64,000 nt of DNA from Candidatus Latescibacterota bacterium (GTDB lineage: Bacteria; Latescibacterota; UBA2968). Below the pieces are notes generated by a model. That model saw nothing but the letters and a program-made list of their open reading frames with translations. It made no database searches and had not been told where the DNA came from. Of the stretch, positions 61,896 to 64,000 are shown piece by piece; position 1 is the stretch's first letter; the number at the start of each line of letters is the position of its first letter. The stretch is from assembly GCA_965198115.1 (NCBI GenBank), contig OZ240241.1, forward strand, positions 2,432,001-2,496,000, read 5' to 3'. A program made the translations under genes and the position numbers.

Positions 61896-62935
61896 CCTCT
61901 GAAAAGATGGTGCTCGACCGGAAGTGACACGGTCATCCCGTTCACGGCGGACAGAAATCCGGCCTCCATCACTTCCTGAGCGTCCCGAGACAGGTCGGCA
62001 TTCGTCAACCCGGTCGGCTCCGAACCACCCCGGATCGATTTTACGAAGTAGGACGGCCCGTCCGTCTCGCCCTCGGGCAGGGTATCGAGTTCGACCATCG
62101 TGCCATCCTGGTTGGCCCGCGTGAACACGTCGATCCGATCGTCGGCTGCCACGAGTGTCCCCTCCGTCCCATAGACCACCAGATCGTGCGCGGGTTTGTG
62201 GGCGACGGCTTCGGTCCAGGTCATCTCCAGTCGGCACATCGCTTTGGGATATCGCAGGATCATCATGCCATTGTCATCCACGGCCAGGTGTCGCTTCACC
62301 AGACGACCCGCCACCCCGACGACCGATTGAGGGCTTCCCAGCATCCAGACACACAACGACGAACCGTATCCACCGTAGTCGTTGAACGCACCGGCACCAT
62401 TGAGCTCCGGATCGAACAGAAACTCACAAAACTGATCGGAACATCCGTACTCGTCGGGGCCACAGTGGCCCCCACGCCAGACGATCTGCCAGACATCGTC
62501 AATCGTTCCTTCGTCAACCAGACGTTTGGTCGTACGCCAGCTGCGCGACCAGGCCGTCGGCCAGTTCACCATCAGGCGCGTCCCGTGTTTCTTGGTGGCG
62601 ATCAGCATTCGGTCGGCCTGCTCGAGCGTGGCGGCCATGGGCTTCTCCACCATCACATCGATGCCTCGGGGCGCACAGATCTCGACGACGTCGGCGTGTT
62701 CGGCCGTTGCCGTAAAAACGAACACGGCGTCGGGACCCACGTCGTCGAGCAATCCTTCATAGTCGTCGAAGACCCGCTCGCAGCCCGTTTCGTCCACGAA
62801 CTTCTCTCTCAGGGACGGATCATAGTCCGCGCCGGCCACGAGCTCCGCATCGGACAAGGCGTCCAGCCGTTTCAAGTTCGTCCAGACGTGATCGTGGGCC
62901 ATCCCCAGCGCGGCGACTCGAATCGCCTCGGCCAT
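61892..62935 (-). CDS. Gfo/Idh/MocA oxidoreductase
   Basis: GMAHDH, VEKPMA, GAFNDYGGYG. Confidence 0.9.
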   Translation of the reverse strand: MAEAIRVAALGMAHDHVWTNLKRLDALSDAELVAGADYDPSLREKFVDETGCERVFDDYEGLLDDVGPDAVFVFTATAEHADVVEICAPRGIDVMVEKPMAATLEQADRMLIATKKHGTRLMVNWPTAWSRSWRTTKRLVDEGTIDDVWQIVWRGGHCGPDEYGCSDQFCEFLFDPELNGAGAFNDYGGYGSSLCVWMLGSPQSVVGVAGRLVKRHLAVDDNGMMILRYPKAMCRLEMTWTEAVAHKPAHDLVVYGTEGTLVAADDRIDVFTRANQDGTMVELDTLPEGETDGPSYFVKSIRGGSEPTGLTNADLSRDAQEVMEAGFLSAVNGMTVSLPVEHHLFRG

Positions 62936-62945
62936 CGAGGTCTCC

Positions 62946-64000
62946 TCAGGATTCTTTTGATCTATCGACTCTTATCGTCTTGATCTCGTAGGGTCGGAAT
63001 CGAACGCACGTCGCGTCGACCTCGCGAAGGACCTCACCCAGGGGTGAGACCTCCCACGCCGCCGTGGCATCGGGCACACCAAGGATCGCTTGACCCTCTT
63101 CCCCCAGCGCCTCATACGCTCTGATTTCGAGTCCACCTTCAACGGGGCGGATCGACGAAGACAGGATTCCGCGGCCTTCGACCGAGCAGGCCGAGGCGGT
63201 TGCGGCGAGCGGCTTTTGTGACTTGGCGTCGTAGACCGGCCTGAGCGACATCGCGTGCCGCAGCCCGGCCGCCAGACGATCCGCCTCCTGAATCTGATCC
63301 TCTCCCACATTCGTCGCCAGCCGAAAACGGGCCGTGATCTCCCCCGCAGGCGAACGCCAGACCCGGTGGTAGGTGTAGGACGAAGGATCGATCGTCGAGA
63401 GGTAGAGATCGGTCCGAACGTCGTGCGCACCGAACCGAAAACTTCGCCGATCGCTCGCCAGGACCCACGCCGGGTTTCGGGATGCGACCCAGCCGTGGAC
63501 GTCGCGGGTCCCCGGCGACTCCAGAACGGATGACCCGAAGGGGGTAGCGTATCGGATATCCAAAGGTTGGGCCGTCGGACACTCGAAAACGGCTTGGAGG
63601 AGCCCCGAGACCTCATCCCTCCAATCGACGGCAACCGTGATGTCCAGCCACGGCAAGCTGCCATACATCGTCAGCGTCAGCCTCGCAGGTGACTGTAGCA
63701 AGCGACCTTCCACCGCCAGCGAAGCACTGACCGACCCACTCTCGACCAGATCGATGCGATCGGGAGCCAGCTCGAATTTTCGCCCGGTCGGGTCGTGCTC
63801 GGCTCGCTCCGATGCCAGACTATCCTCCACAACCTCCAGACCCAGACGCTCGATCAGCATCGTACCCGTTGACCGATCGGCGATCGCGATCGCCCCAGAC
63901 ACGTCATCCACATCCACCCTGAAGTCTCGGACCTTGAACGTGCGGCTCAATCGAATCCCCCTCCGGGGTTCAGACACGCGTTCTTCCACATCTTCGATCG
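62946..64000 (-). CDS. GH38 alpha-mannosidase-like C-terminal region (partial)
   Basis: VDW, YATPFG, IRAYE..G, FRPYEIKTIRV. Confidence 0.7.
   Translation of the reverse strand, partial: IEDVEERVSEPRRGIRLSRTFKVRDFRVDVDDVSGAIAIADRSTGTMLIERLGLEVVEDSLASERAEHDPTGRKFELAPDRIDLVESGSVSASLAVEGRLLQSPARLTLTMYGSLPWLDITVAVDWRDEVSGLLQAVFECPTAQPLDIRYATPFGSSVLESPGTRDVHGWVASRNPAWVLASDRRSFRFGAHDVRTDLYLSTIDPSSYTYHRVWRSPAGEITARFRLATNVGEDQIQEADRLAAGLRHAMSLRPVYDAKSQKPLAATASACSVEGRGILSSSIRPVEGGLEIRAYEALGEEGQAILGVPDATAAWEVSPLGEVLREVDATCVRFRPYEIKTIRVDRSKES

Noticed and set aside
1-64000. CRISPR array, rRNA, tRNA, integron cassette array
   Set aside because: No regularly spaced repeats, no recognisable RNA genes, no integrase. 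The dispersed repeats lack clear attC R-box structure.

Overview
GC-rich bacterial accessory/metabolic region, mostly on the minus strand. It carries many catabolic paralogues: three PhyH-type Fe/2OG dioxygenases, two BNR/sialidase proteins, three TIM-barrel isomerases, two Gfo/Idh/MocA oxidoreductases, LLM and HsaA-like monooxygenases, prpB-prpD, dhaK and several peptidases. It also has a Phd-VapC toxin-antitoxin pair and msrP. The repertoire and an EF-hand/dockerin-like motif resemble Latescibacterota-like genomes (inference only). Mobile DNA is dense: three ISL3 copies (each splits a gene), one IS256, one IS3-like element with a 15-bp flanking duplication, an IS1380 remnant and several REP-like hairpin families. 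The most notable unexplained structure is: (1) an 80-aa 'mini-flagellin' made only of flagellin N- and C-terminal segments; (2) a six-copy dispersed element shaped like a sigma70 promoter with an ATG at the predicted +1; (3) a three-copy ~150-300 bp non-coding repeat that supplies gene 3' ends and carries nested REP insertions; (4) ISL3 right ends whose TTG opens a frame into the C-terminal part of all three disrupted genes; (5) a PhyH protein with HxA instead of HxD (halogenase-like). Several single-base indels in homopolymers may be sequencing errors. No rRNA, tRNA or CRISPR array was seen.
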